DNA from: Chlorobiota bacterium | Lineage (GTDB): Bacteria; Bacteroidota; Ignavibacteria; Kapaibacteriales; UBA2268 | Direction of reading: 5' to 3' | Assembly (NCBI GenBank): GCA_034670025.1 | Contig: JAXMOE010000001.1 | Coordinates: forward strand, 229,889-293,888 | DNA: 64,000 nucleotides | Position numbers and translations under genes: made by a program | The notes under the pieces: model-generated | What the model saw: only the letters and a program-made list of their open reading frames with translations | Databases searched by the model: none | Told to the model about the DNA's origin: nothing | Shown: positions 10,327-20,252 of the stretch, piece by piece | Layout of the letters: each line of letters opens with the position of its first letter | Numbering within the stretch: the first letter of the stretch is position 1

Positions 10327-12552
10327 ATGTCTTTGAACAACCCAATAACAGTTTCGGCCGAAATAGATGGCCAAACGTACACTTTAGAAACAGGTCGTTT
10401 CGCAAAATTTGCTAATGGTAATGTGATGATAAGTTGTGGTGACACAATGGTATTAGTCAATGCTATTGCATCTTCAAGAGAAATGGACGTAGATTTCTTA
10501 CCTCTAATGGTTGACTATCGCGAAAAAATGTATTCTTCAGGTAAAATACCTGGTGGATTTTTGAAGCGTGAAAGTCGTCCTTCTACTAAAGAAACTTTAG
10601 TTTCTCGTTTGATTGACAGACCATTAAGACCACTATTCCCAAAAGATTGGAGATACGACACTCAATTAATAGCTTGGGTAGTATCTGCTGAACCTGAAAT
10701 TGACCCTGAGAACATATCTGCTACTGGAGCTTCTGCAGCTCTTATGGTTTCAGATATTCCATTTAATGGTCCAGTATCGGAAGTTAGAGTAGCAAAAATA
10801 GATGGTAAACTGTCGATTAACCCTACTCCTGAGCAATTAGAAGTAGCTGATATTGATTACACTATTGCTGGTACTGACGAATCTATAATGATGGTAGAAG
10901 GTGAGAGTAATGAGATTAGTGAAGAAGAATTCTTAGAAGTTCTTGACTATGCTCACGAAAGAATTAAAGAGTTCAACAATCTTCAAAAAGAATTACAGAA
11001 GTTAGTTAACAAAGAAAAAATTGAAGTAGTTGAGAAGGAAATTCCTTCTGAAATATTCGACACTGTTAAAGAAGCTGTTTCTGAAAAAGTTAATGAGTAC
11101 GTAAACACTGTGACTACTAAGTCAGAAAGAAGTGCTACGAGAAATAAACTTAGTGATGAAGCAGTAGAAGCTGTGGAAGCAAAATTTGCTGACAACGATG
11201 AATACGGTGATAAATTAGTTAAGTATGCTAATAGTTCATTCTCAAAATTAGAGAAAGAACTAATGAGAGAAATGATTATCAAAGATGGTAAGCGTTTGGA
11301 CGGCAGATCTTTGACGGATGTAAGACCAATAGAAACTGAAATTGGTGTGTTACCAAGAGCTCACGGTTCTGCTCTTTTCACAAGAGGCGAGACTCAGAGT
11401 TTGACTTCAGTTACTTTGGGTACTGAACGTGATGAGCAAATGATTGATGGTTTGTTACCAAAACATTTCACTAACTTCTATTTGCACTATAACTTCCCAC
11501 CATTTAGCGTTGGGGAAACTGGTAGATATACTGGTTCTGGTAGAAGAGAAATTGGTCACGGTAACTTAGCAGAAAGAGCGATTAAGAAATTGATGCCAAG
11601 CAGCGAAGAGTTTCCTTACACAATAAGAATTGTTTCTGAGATATTAGAATCAAATGGTTCTTCATCTATGGCAACAGTTTGTGCTGGCTCTATGGCACTA
11701 ATGCACGCTGCTGTTCCTTTGAAAAAGCCAGTTGCAGGTATTGCAATGGGTTTAATCAAAGAAGGTGATGATGTTGCTATATTGACTGACATTCTTGGTG
11801 ACGAGGATTTCTTAGGCGATATGGACTTCAAGGTTGCTGGCTCTAAAGATGGTATCACTGCTTGTCAGATGGATATTAAGATTGCTGGTCTTTCAGTAGA
11901 TATTATGAAAAAAGCACTTAGCCAAGCTAAGGATGCAAGATTACATATTCTTGATGAGATGGATAAAACTATTACTGATAAGAATGAAGAACTTTCAGTT
12001 TATGCTCCAAGATTCACTACTTTACAAGTAGAGAAAGATGAGATTGGTGCTGTTATCGGTTCTGGTGGAGAAACTATCAGAGAAATTAGTAAAGAAAGTG
12101 AAGCAGAAATCAACATCAATGATGATGGTATTGTCACTATTTCTACTAATAACGATGAGAACGCTAAGAAAGCACTGGATATGATTAAGAAGATACTTGA
12201 GAAACCAGAAGAAGGTAAAGTTTATACTGGTATCGTAGATTCAGTAAGAGAAGGCCTGGGTGCTATCGTTGAATTTATGCCTAAGAAGAAAGGTCTTGTT
12301 CATATTTCTGAAATACAGTGGGAAAGAACTGAAAAAGTTGAAGACCACTTAGAAGAAGGGCAAGAAATCGAGGTTAAATTACTTGAAGCTACTAGAGATG
12401 GCAAATTCAAATTGAGTATGAGAGCTCTTCTTGAAAAGCCAGAGGGCTTTGTTGAAAGACCAAGAAGAACTGGCGGCGGTGGACGTGGCGGAGATCGTAG
12501 AAGAGACAGCCGCGACAACAGGGATAGAGGAAACAGGAACAATAGAGACTAA
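10327..12552 (+). CDS. pnp: polynucleotide phosphorylase
   Basis: Two RNase PH domains, KH and S1. C-terminal RG/RD-rich tail (RPRRTGGGGRGGDRRRDSRDNRDRGNRNNRD). Confidence 0.97.
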   Translation: MSLNNPITVSAEIDGQTYTLETGRFAKFANGNVMISCGDTMVLVNAIASSREMDVDFLPLMVDYREKMYSSGKIPGGFLKRESRPSTKETLVSRLIDRPLRPLFPKDWRYDTQLIAWVVSAEPEIDPENISATGASAALMVSDIPFNGPVSEVRVAKIDGKLSINPTPEQLEVADIDYTIAGTDESIMMVEGESNEISEEEFLEVLDYAHERIKEFNNLQKELQKLVNKEKIEVVEKEIPSEIFDTVKEAVSEKVNEYVNTVTTKSERSATRNKLSDEAVEAVEAKFADNDEYGDKLVKYANSSFSKLEKELMREMIIKDGKRLDGRSLTDVRPIETEIGVLPRAHGSALFTRGETQSLTSVTLGTERDEQMIDGLLPKHFTNFYLHYNFPPFSVGETGRYTGSGRREIGHGNLAERAIKKLMPSSEEFPYTIRIVSEILESNGSSSMATVCAGSMALMHAAVPLKKPVAGIAMGLIKEGDDVAILTDILGDEDFLGDMDFKVAGSKDGITACQMDIKIAGLSVDIMKKALSQAKDARLHILDEMDKTITDKNEELSVYAPRFTTLQVEKDEIGAVIGSGGETIREISKESEAEININDDGIVTISTNNDENAKKALDMIKKILEKPEEGKVYTGIVDSVREGLGAIVEFMPKKKGLVHISEIQWERTEKVEDHLEEGQEIEVKLLEATRDGKFKLSMRALLEKPEGFVERPRRTGGGGRGGDRRRDSRDNRDRGNRNNRD

Positions 12553-12579
12553 TTAGTAACTATTTGTTTATATTTTTAC

Positions 12580-12615
12580 AGGGATACTTAATTTATTTAA
12601 GTATCCCTTTTTTTA
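12580..12615. terminator. bidirectional intrinsic terminator (pnp / convergent DUF62 gene)
   Basis: Perfect 12-bp stem AGGGATACTTAA / TTAAGTATCCCT with a 5-nt loop and a T7 run. The stop codon of the minus-strand gene sits in the loop. Confidence 0.85.
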
Positions 12616-13369
12616 TTAATCTCACACTATCTCCAATACTTAATTTCATTCTATTATTTGTGTTATCATTCTTCATCCCTATTTCAATTGTGTTAAAACT
12701 ACCTGGGTAAGCAAATACAGTATTTTCGTTAGCTTCAGAGTAACTATCTGATGTATTCACTACTGTTCGATTACTAACTTCTAAGCTTTTGAGATTACCC
12801 AAATGACTATTCTCTATGTTAGTCACTATATTACCAAAGCTATCAATGTGAACTATTAGTCCCAGCACTTCACCTGACTTTTCAATTGCTTTGATACTAA
12901 GATATTTTAGATCCTTTTGTAATATTTCTTCTTCAATGACATTAGTATTATCTTTTGATAATTCCGCAGCAGAATATGTTATTAAATCCTCTGAATATTC
13001 TTTCCCTATATCTAAAATAGCAGATTTTAATTTATAAATCTGAGTGCTTCCACTGATGATTGGGGAGAGCAGACCATTGTCAGGAGCGATAAAATATTGA
13101 TTGTTATTTTTAGCAATTATAATATTCTTTTCTGTATTAATTTCAGGATCAACTAAACAGCAGAAAACCGAGTCATCTGCAAATTTTATGTAAGATTTGG
13201 AAAGTAAAAAAGCTGCGTTAACTATGTTTTGTTTCTCAACATTATGGTATAAATCTATATAATTTTTACTTTTTGTAATCTTATGAATCAATCCTTTGAC
13301 TAGCCCAATGTATATGCTTTCATTTCCGTAATCTGAAAGTAGAACTATTTGTCTCATATTTCGTATCAT
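12593..13369 (-). CDS. SAM hydroxide adenosyltransferase family protein (DUF62; chlorinase/fluorinase-like fold)
   Basis: LLSDYG...YIGLVKG...VFCCLVDPE...IAPDNGLL matches the DUF62 signature (SalL/FlA family). Confidence 0.75.
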   Translation of the reverse strand: MIRNMRQIVLLSDYGNESIYIGLVKGLIHKITKSKNYIDLYHNVEKQNIVNAAFLLSKSYIKFADDSVFCCLVDPEINTEKNIIIAKNNNQYFIAPDNGLLSPIISGSTQIYKLKSAILDIGKEYSEDLITYSAAELSKDNTNVIEEEILQKDLKYLSIKAIEKSGEVLGLIVHIDSFGNIVTNIENSHLGNLKSLEVSNRTVVNTSDSYSEANENTVFAYPGSFNTIEIGMKNDNTNNRMKLSIGDSVRLIKKGILK

Positions 13370-13413
13370 TAATTAGTACTTGTTGATTTATAATATAAAG
13401 AAAAGGTTTCAAA

Positions 13414-14097
13414 ATGAAAATCGGTGTTTTACTTTCGGGTTCTGGTGTATATGATGGTTCAGAAATACAAGAGGCAGTTTTTACATTATTAGCAATAGAG
13501 CAAAATGGGGCAGAGGCAGTGTGTTTTGCACCAGATAAGGAACAAGCACATGTAATAAACCACATTACTGGTGAAGAAATGGAAGGGCAATCCCGAAATG
13601 TTTTAGAAGAGTCAGCAAGAATAGCAAGAGGAAATGTCAAGTCTATTAATAAAACATCGATTGATGATTTTGATGCGTTAGTAATTCCAGGTGGATTCGG
13701 AGCCGCAAAAAACTTAAATGAGTGGGCTTTCAAAGGGCCTGACGGTGACATTGACAACGCTGTAAAAATGATAATAACTGATATGGTTAGGGCAAAAAAA
13801 CCAGTTGCAGCACTTTGTATGGGGCCCACTGTTGTTGCCAAAGCTCTGCAAGGTTCAGGAATTGGGACTAAACTTACAGTTGGTACAGACAAGGAAAATT
13901 CACCTTATGAAATTAAAGAAATAAGTGATGGTATGGAGTCATTGGGAGCAATGGCGGTTATGAAATCAGTTCGTGAAATTTGTGTTGATGAAGAGAATAA
14001 AATTGTTACTTCTCCTTGCTATATGATGGAAGCAAGCATAGAGGAAGTAAGGAAAAATGTTAAAGATACGGTTGATAAATTAATATCAATGGTTTAG
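13414..14097 (+). CDS. ElbB-like DJ-1/PfpI family protein
   Basis: MKIGVLLSGSGVYDGSEIQEAV... with conserved Cys in the ALCMGP context. 227 aa. Confidence 0.8.
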   Translation: MKIGVLLSGSGVYDGSEIQEAVFTLLAIEQNGAEAVCFAPDKEQAHVINHITGEEMEGQSRNVLEESARIARGNVKSINKTSIDDFDALVIPGGFGAAKNLNEWAFKGPDGDIDNAVKMIITDMVRAKKPVAALCMGPTVVAKALQGSGIGTKLTVGTDKENSPYEIKEISDGMESLGAMAVMKSVREICVDEENKIVTSPCYMMEASIEEVRKNVKDTVDKLISMV

Positions 14098-14100
14098 TAA

Positions 14101-16494
14101 TTAATTAGGTACTATTTGTGTTTTAAGCTCAAAATCAATATTTGGTTTTGGGCTTATACTCAATTTTAAATAACCACCATTGAGCCAAAGTTGTACCTGA
14201 TCACCATAATTAGGACTCATTGGGTCTCCTGAGTTCCCACCCGGGAAAATCATAAATACCAAACTATCGGACATATCAGTGATGAACCTCATAGAAGCAG
14301 AAATCAAAACATCGTTTGGTTTGTTGTAATTCATACCTGTGTTAAATAAAGTAGTATTATCTCCACCTAATCCTAATGGTTTTAAGCTGACGGCTGGTGA
14401 CATAAATTCATTATCGCTGAAGTAATGCTTCAACTTTAGCTGATGAACTTTACCGTAAGGCAGATTGCTAATTCCATCTATTCCATATTTATCTATTAGT
14501 TTGGAAATTGCTTTTCTGAATGCACGAACTATAATTATTTCTTTGTTCTCTATCTTTTCCGTTTCTACATTATTGAATAATGGGTGATTTTTCATTTCCA
14601 ATATTTCTAACATTAGTCTATCGGGGAAGTTTGATAGAAAAACATAATTATTGAATATTTCAGTACCTAATTCATCTTCTATTGTTTCTGCAACTAATTC
14701 ACGTTTGAAATAATTATATATCAATGGTGCATTTATATCTTTAGATAAAATGTTGTTCCATCGTGTTAGTTTATCTAATGCTTTGACCTCGTTACCATTC
14801 AATTTAGATTTTATTTTGTCTAATACTGGGAGTGTTAGTTTTTTGAATTTAAATGAATAAGGGGAAAGGTTATCTAATTGCATAAATTCAGAGTCTCGGA
14901 TAGTACTATTATCATTATTGCTTAGCATTTGTTTTATCCTCATAGCTCTTGAGTTTGGTTCCCAATTATTACTAATAAACTGATTGTACGAAAAGTAATT
15001 ATTGTTAGCCGAAAATACAAAGCCATCTTTTTGATTCACAACTTTCTCGCCCAATCCAATCAAGCTTTTTGTTCCTTCCCATCTGTATTCTTTTTCCCAA
15101 TGCGGGTTAAACACATTAGGATTTGTTTTATTCCGAATTGGAATATTCCCAGTTGGTAATCGTGCTATAGTGCCGCCCTTGTCAGCGTAGTGAAATGTTA
15201 GAGCAGGTGCGTTCCATTGCTTCAGAGCGTCTTTAAATTCATTATAATTTGTAGCTTTATTTACATTATACAAAGAAAGAATTTCATCAGATACAAGCTT
15301 GCTGGTCCAATCAAAGCAAATATCGTATTTATCAAAGAATGAATCATTAGTCGAATCATTGTTCCATATATGATTGTTAGATAAGACAGAGGACATCTCC
15401 GTTGCTCTTCTGTAGTACTGATGAGCTTCTTTATCTTTAATCTTAATTGTATCTCTGATGAATGTAAACTCTGTTTCTTCGCCGTCAGTTTTTACATAGT
15501 AATCATCATTTTTACCTTTTTTTACTAAGTACAAATCACAAACATCTGCCATTACATTAGTAATACCCCAAGTAATATCATCATTTCTGCCAACAATGCA
15601 TAGGGGAATGCCAGGAATACTATATCCAACTACGTTAATCTCATCGGATGTTATGTGCATCTGATACCATCGGGGGGGTATGCTAATTGGTAAGTGAGGG
15701 TCGTTAGCTAATATAGAATTTATACTATCGTTTTTTTTATAGTTTATTGCCCATGAGTTACTGCCAGTAGTTCCAAATCCAAAATCATTAATCATGCTTG
15801 CTACAAAGCTTGTGTCAAATTCAGGTAATTCTGCATCGGATATATTAATATTACTATTAGAGCCAGGTATAAAATAATTAGCTCTATTTTTTCCTAATTT
15901 CTGTGCTATTTGAGATAAAGCAAAGTCTGACCAAAAGCTAAAGCTCATTTCAAATGCGACTAATTTTGAAATTAATAGGCTATGATAAGGAGTCCAAGTT
16001 TCTGGGTAATAGTCAAGTGCTCCAAATTCAAATTGGAGTGCAGATTTGTTTTCTTTTACAAATGTATTAATTCCATCTGAATATCTCTGTAAGATACTGA
16101 TAGACTTTTCTGAAAGTGAATCTAATGATACCCTTGCATGCTTTTGCATATCAATAGACCTAAAGAATAAGTCTTGTTTGAAAGTTCTTTGCCCAAAAAT
16201 CTCAGAAAGACGACCTTCGGCTGCACGTCTCATTACATCCATTTGCCAAAGTCTATCTTTGGCATGGTAATAACCAATAGCAAAATATAAGTCATCTTCG
16301 CTGTTGGTTACTATGTGTGGAATACCATTAAAATTTTCATATACATTAATTTCATTTTTAATTGAATTAGTAGATACTTGATGAAAATCATCGAATATAC
16401 TTACTTTAGTAATCCAAAAAGAGAATATAATAATGGAAAATGATAATATTACAAAAGCAATAATTGTAGCTGGTATTTTTCTGAGATATGGCAA
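14101..16494 (-). CDS. penicillin acylase family Ntn-hydrolase (acylase/amidase)
   Basis: 797 aa, N-terminal membrane/signal segment. GSNSWAI is the beta-subunit N-terminal Ser-nucleophile motif of penicillin/AHL acylases. Confidence 0.8.
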   Translation of the reverse strand: MPYLRKIPATIIAFVILSFSIIIFSFWITKVSIFDDFHQVSTNSIKNEINVYENFNGIPHIVTNSEDDLYFAIGYYHAKDRLWQMDVMRRAAEGRLSEIFGQRTFKQDLFFRSIDMQKHARVSLDSLSEKSISILQRYSDGINTFVKENKSALQFEFGALDYYPETWTPYHSLLISKLVAFEMSFSFWSDFALSQIAQKLGKNRANYFIPGSNSNINISDAELPEFDTSFVASMINDFGFGTTGSNSWAINYKKNDSINSILANDPHLPISIPPRWYQMHITSDEINVVGYSIPGIPLCIVGRNDDITWGITNVMADVCDLYLVKKGKNDDYYVKTDGEETEFTFIRDTIKIKDKEAHQYYRRATEMSSVLSNNHIWNNDSTNDSFFDKYDICFDWTSKLVSDEILSLYNVNKATNYNEFKDALKQWNAPALTFHYADKGGTIARLPTGNIPIRNKTNPNVFNPHWEKEYRWEGTKSLIGLGEKVVNQKDGFVFSANNNYFSYNQFISNNWEPNSRAMRIKQMLSNNDNSTIRDSEFMQLDNLSPYSFKFKKLTLPVLDKIKSKLNGNEVKALDKLTRWNNILSKDINAPLIYNYFKRELVAETIEDELGTEIFNNYVFLSNFPDRLMLEILEMKNHPLFNNVETEKIENKEIIIVRAFRKAISKLIDKYGIDGISNLPYGKVHQLKLKHYFSDNEFMSPAVSLKPLGLGGDNTTLFNTGMNYNKPNDVLISASMRFITDMSDSLVFMIFPGGNSGDPMSPNYGDQVQLWLNGGYLKLSISPKPNIDFELKTQIVPN

Positions 16495-17511
16495 TTAGAA
16501 CCATCCATTAGATTTATACCAATCGTAAGTCTCTTTGAATCCTGCTTCTAAACTATGCTTTTGTTCGTAGCCAAAATCTTTCTTTGCTTTTTCAACTGAA
16601 CAAGTCCAATATTTTTGGATAAAATCTATGCTTTTCTCCGAATCAAATACAGGAGGATTTCCAGTAATTCTACCAATTAAGCCATTTACATTACCCATAA
16701 TCTTAACAATTGAGTGAGGGATTCTTAATTTTAAAATTTTATCTTTACCTGCTGATTTAGCCATTGCATTGATAATTGTAGTCCAATCATAGTAATTCTC
16801 TGAGCCAATGAAATAAGTTTCATTTACTGTATTGTCAGAAAATGCGGCATCAACAATTCCTCTACACAAATCCATTGAACTTATAATACTAACATACTTA
16901 TCGTCAAATCCGATTAGGGTGCCTATTCCTTTTTCAGCAGCTTTGAACATTGGCATAGTTGCAGAATCACGTGGCCCATAGACTGCTGGTGGTCTAACAA
17001 TTGTATAAGGAATTATTCCATTTTCAGCAATAATATAGTCTTCTGCCATTTTTTTACTTTTTCCATAAGAAGTAAGAGGGTTCATCTCACACAATTCGTC
17101 TGAGACTTCTTCCAAAGATTTAGAAGGACCAACAGCAGTTTGACTAGATACATGTAGAAATCTTTTAAGTTTAGGCGCATGTTTTTTGGCTGCCTCATAT
17201 AAGTTTTTTGTACCAGACAGATTTGCTCTTACAAAGTCTTCCATTGATTTCGCGGCAGTAAGGCCAGCTGAATGAATAATTACATCAACACCTTCAACTA
17301 TTTTCTCTAATGTTTGTATATCTGATAGCGAAGCCTCGACTAATTCAAAGCCCTTGTTTTCTACCCATCGTAAGTTGCTCGTTTTTCGTACTATACACAC
17401 AACTTCGTGTCCGCGTTCTTTTAGTATATCTGCTATATGACTACCTAAAAATCCAGTTGCACCTGTTACTAATACCCTCATATTACCTCTATCCAAATTA
17501 TTTTTGTACAA
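16495..17511 (-). CDS. NAD-dependent epimerase/dehydratase (SDR family)
   Basis: MRVLVTGATGFLGSHI Rossmann motif. The true start may be the internal Met at MRVLVTG. Confidence 0.85.
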   Translation of the reverse strand: MYKNNLDRGNMRVLVTGATGFLGSHIADILKERGHEVVCIVRKTSNLRWVENKGFELVEASLSDIQTLEKIVEGVDVIIHSAGLTAAKSMEDFVRANLSGTKNLYEAAKKHAPKLKRFLHVSSQTAVGPSKSLEEVSDELCEMNPLTSYGKSKKMAEDYIIAENGIIPYTIVRPPAVYGPRDSATMPMFKAAEKGIGTLIGFDDKYVSIISSMDLCRGIVDAAFSDNTVNETYFIGSENYYDWTTIINAMAKSAGKDKILKLRIPHSIVKIMGNVNGLIGRITGNPPVFDSEKSIDFIQKYWTCSVEKAKKDFGYEQKHSLEAGFKETYDWYKSNGWF

Positions 17512-17646
17512 AATTAGTTGTTTTATTTGAGTTGATTGTAAACATTGGATAAATTGCCAAGAATAAATGTTAAATCCAACATAACAAGTAGGTTACATTC
17601 AAATCAAGAAAGTGTTGTGTAAGAAACGTGCTAAAACATTGTAAAT

Positions 17647-18777
17647 TCAAAAGTTTTTCTTATTAAATTCTATTACTTCTTCAATTTCCTCTGCACTCAT
17701 TTTATTGATATAATGTTTTGATTGAGTTTGTATTGTATGACCAATTAATGAACGTACAACATTATCATTTAGAGTATAATCATTCATCATTTCATTTTCA
17801 ACTAACTTTCTTATTGCATGAAATTTTACTTCTTCTACGTTTTTTATTCCTAACATTTTCCTATAGTTATTAATATGCACTCCCATAATTCTTGACGTTT
17901 GGAGATTAAGCAAATTACTACTCTTAGAAAAACTCTTTTCATTAAACTCTAAGGCTTCTTTTAATAATGGTTCTAATTCAGGTCTAATGGAATAAGGGAA
18001 CTCTCTCCATGTATTATTTTTTCCGTCAATTAATAGTTTTTTAGGTTTGATGTGCCAAGGTTGCATCTTATATACTTCCCCAATCCGCATTCCTGTTATA
18101 CCAATAACTCTTAATACAAAATAAAGTTTAGTTGCTGACATTTTACTTTTGGGCTTACTACAATTGTCAATGTATTTACTTAACTCATGAACATATTTAT
18201 TTAGTTGATTCCTTGAACAAATTGTGAATTTGAATTTAGCTTTTTTAATTTTAATCCAAGGTTTAACAGGATTTGTTGTAATAATGTCAGATTCAATCCC
18301 AAATTTGAATATGGATCTCAATCGCTGAATAGAGGTGTTTATAGTTAAGTCCGAATAATTTTCTATCTCCTTCATTTCAAGAGCTCTTCTATTGACAAAT
18401 TTCGTGATTTCAACCATGTTGTCTAAATAAAAGTCATTATTATCGACAATCCTTTTGATAGAATTAAGAAAAGTTTCTTTAGTATTATCTTGTATGTGCT
18501 GAAACTTTAACTCTTTATATAGCAGAAACAGCTCAGAAAACTTATCAACTCTATTAGTATTAAATCCATTCTCACGATTGTAATATTCGCGAACTCTTTT
18601 ATCTAAGACTTGTATAGCAAAATCTTTGTTAGTTTTCTTCCAAGGTAAGTTCTTTATTGATTTCCTGTCACCAAATACATAGGTGTGGACATATCCATCC
18701 CTCTCAAAACAATAGACACCTTTTCTGTGATCAGGGTGATCCCATCGTCTTCCTTTCTTTTTTCTAGTCTTTCCCAT
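17647..18777 (-). CDS. tyrosine-type site-specific integrase
   Basis: 376 aa. C-terminal catalytic region (R...HAIRK...LIGHT...KHYI) typical of the phage integrase family, with an N-terminal SAM-like domain. Confidence 0.85.
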   Translation of the reverse strand: MGKTRKKKGRRWDHPDHRKGVYCFERDGYVHTYVFGDRKSIKNLPWKKTNKDFAIQVLDKRVREYYNRENGFNTNRVDKFSELFLLYKELKFQHIQDNTKETFLNSIKRIVDNNDFYLDNMVEITKFVNRRALEMKEIENYSDLTINTSIQRLRSIFKFGIESDIITTNPVKPWIKIKKAKFKFTICSRNQLNKYVHELSKYIDNCSKPKSKMSATKLYFVLRVIGITGMRIGEVYKMQPWHIKPKKLLIDGKNNTWREFPYSIRPELEPLLKEALEFNEKSFSKSSNLLNLQTSRIMGVHINNYRKMLGIKNVEEVKFHAIRKLVENEMMNDYTLNDNVVRSLIGHTIQTQSKHYINKMSAEEIEEVIEFNKKNF

Positions 18778-19174
18778 GGTTAGTTCTTTCTTTCAATTTT
18801 TCAGCAAATAATATTATAAATTCGTGTGACTCTTTCTCTTTTATTCGGGAGTTATCGGCTGTAAAAAAAGATAGTAATGTATTCAGTGTATCAGGGAACC
18901 AGTTGAAATCATTCAATAATTCTGGCATAGCAAAATGCCTCTCGATATATGAGAGAGTTGGGAATATAATAGAGCTATCTATCTTGCATTCCTCTAGAGT
19001 ATATAGTTCAAGTTGACAGAATTTATAGAATTTGTCAGCGTGTTCAAAAAGTGATGAGTACTCTATCAACACCTGATCAACATCCTTATCAGTGTTTGAC
19101 AGTACAATTCTTTCAGCAATTCTTAAACATCGAACTCTGAGTCTAATATTAATTTTGTTTTCTGACTGGAGCAA
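18764..19174 (-). CDS. hypothetical protein (between repressor and integrase, overlapping both)
   Basis: 136-aa ORF. The 14-nt and 26-nt overlaps suggest a co-transcribed leftward lysogeny operon. Confidence 0.45.
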   Translation of the reverse strand: MLQSENKINIRLRVRCLRIAERIVLSNTDKDVDQVLIEYSSLFEHADKFYKFCQLELYTLEECKIDSSIIFPTLSYIERHFAMPELLNDFNWFPDTLNTLLSFFTADNSRIKEKESHEFIILFAEKLKERTNHGKD

Positions 19175-19895
19175 AATCTTTAATCACTTTTTTAACAATA
19201 CCAAATATCTTAAAATCTTCTAAGTCACCAAGCTCTATATCTTCAGCATTCTTCGAATCTGACTTTAATAGGATGCTTCCATCCTTTTGATGACACAAGT
19301 GTTTCACAATTGGCATTCCATTTAAGGACCCCACAATTGTACAATCATAACTTGGTTTGCTGTTATAGACTTCAAATATAATTATATCACCCGAAGTCAG
19401 ACCAGCATCTTCCATTGAGTCACCATTTACATAGATTGCATCGTGTGAATCTTCATCTATATTCATACCTAAAGCTAACGGCATATATGTAGTTGGCAAA
19501 TCATTCAAATCAGTTAACGTCCCAGTCGCTGCACTTGCACTCATAATATGCAACTTAATATTTGCGAGCATCCCTTGAAATTGTTTTGGAACTCTATACA
19601 ACTCATCTTTCTTATCTGCAATGTAATCCTCATTTTTCTCTTTAGTCTTAATAGAACTTTTGCTAAGAGCCTCTTTATTAAATGGCTCACCTATTCCGTG
19701 TAAGTACCATTCAATATTAATGCCAGTTTCAGCCAATCTCCTTAATGCCGATTTGTTCTGATAAACTCTATCAGTATTAATGTATGTGTTTATAGTACCA
19801 GGTGAGACGCCTAGTATCTTTGCAAAAACAGTAGGGCTATGATAATGTTCATCAATGAAATCTCTTAGCCTTGATTGTGGTGTATCGCTCATCAT
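19149..19895 (-). CDS. CI/LexA-like phage repressor (N-terminal HTH plus C-terminal S24 peptidase domain)
   Basis: HTH (VFAKILGVSPGTINTYI). S24 signature (VNGDSMEDAGLTSGDIIIFE) with a downstream Lys. Divergent from the rightward early genes. Confidence 0.8.
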   Translation of the reverse strand: MMSDTPQSRLRDFIDEHYHSPTVFAKILGVSPGTINTYINTDRVYQNKSALRRLAETGINIEWYLHGIGEPFNKEALSKSSIKTKEKNEDYIADKKDELYRVPKQFQGMLANIKLHIMSASAATGTLTDLNDLPTTYMPLALGMNIDEDSHDAIYVNGDSMEDAGLTSGDIIIFEVYNSKPSYDCTIVGSLNGMPIVKHLCHQKDGSILLKSDSKNAEDIELGDLEDFKIFGIVKKVIKDFAPVRKQN

Positions 19896-19904
19896 TTACT
19901 CAAT

Positions 19905-20005
19905 TATTTAAGAAAAATATGAAAAATATTAAGAAAAGATTTGTTGTTCTTAAATAATTTATTAAATTCGTAAAGACAGAATAAGAATAAATAAGAAAAA
20001 CATAA
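19905..20005. promoter_or_regulatory. divergent lysogeny-switch control region with iterated TTAAGAA/TTCTTAA half-sites (operator array A)
   Basis: ATTATTTAAGAA at 19906-19917 is the exact reverse complement of TTCTTAAATAAT at 19948-19959. Extra TAAGAA copies at 19927, 19982 and 19992. Lies between the repressor gene and the first rightward ORF. Confidence 0.6.
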
Positions 20006-20030
20006 TCATTCACAATTAGAGGTCATACAA

Positions 20031-20252
20031 ATGCCAGCATATATAATCAAATCAGTTTCCATGGATAAAGATGCTTTTGATTACATCTGTGATGTGGTAG
20101 ATGGTAAAGATAAAGCTAGAAAAGACTTTTCAAAAGCTTTTAACTACACTATGCACAAACACATTGCAATGGAAAAAGAAATCATTGAACTTCGTAAGAA
20201 ACTATTACTGCAATCTGACGACCAGTCAGAAGTGAACTTAAGAAAAAATTAA
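20031..20252 (+). CDS. hypothetical early protein (Cro position)
   Basis: 73-aa ORF, the first rightward gene after the switch region. No recognisable HTH. Confidence 0.45.
   Translation: MPAYIIKSVSMDKDAFDYICDVVDGKDKARKDFSKAFNYTMHKHIAMEKEIIELRKKLLLQSDDQSEVNLRKN

Noticed and set aside
10983-12542. Minus-strand ORFs inside pnp (10983..11282, 11616..11858, 12300..12542)
   Set aside because: Antisense shadows of the PNPase gene.
13320-13892. 190-aa minus-strand ORF overlapping the ElbB-like gene
   Set aside because: Antisense to a well-supported conserved gene, with low-complexity S/P/A-rich translation. A typical shadow ORF.
14097-14101. Convergent genes (ElbB-like and acylase) whose stops are only 3 bp apart, leaving no room for a terminator
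   Set aside because: Unusual but not in itself a functional element. Probably overlapping 3' UTRs.
17512-17646. Looked for a tRNA/tmRNA or att core at the integrase-proximal junction
   Set aside because: No tRNA-like T-arm/acceptor motifs or obvious direct repeat within the window. attR is presumably beyond 64 kb.
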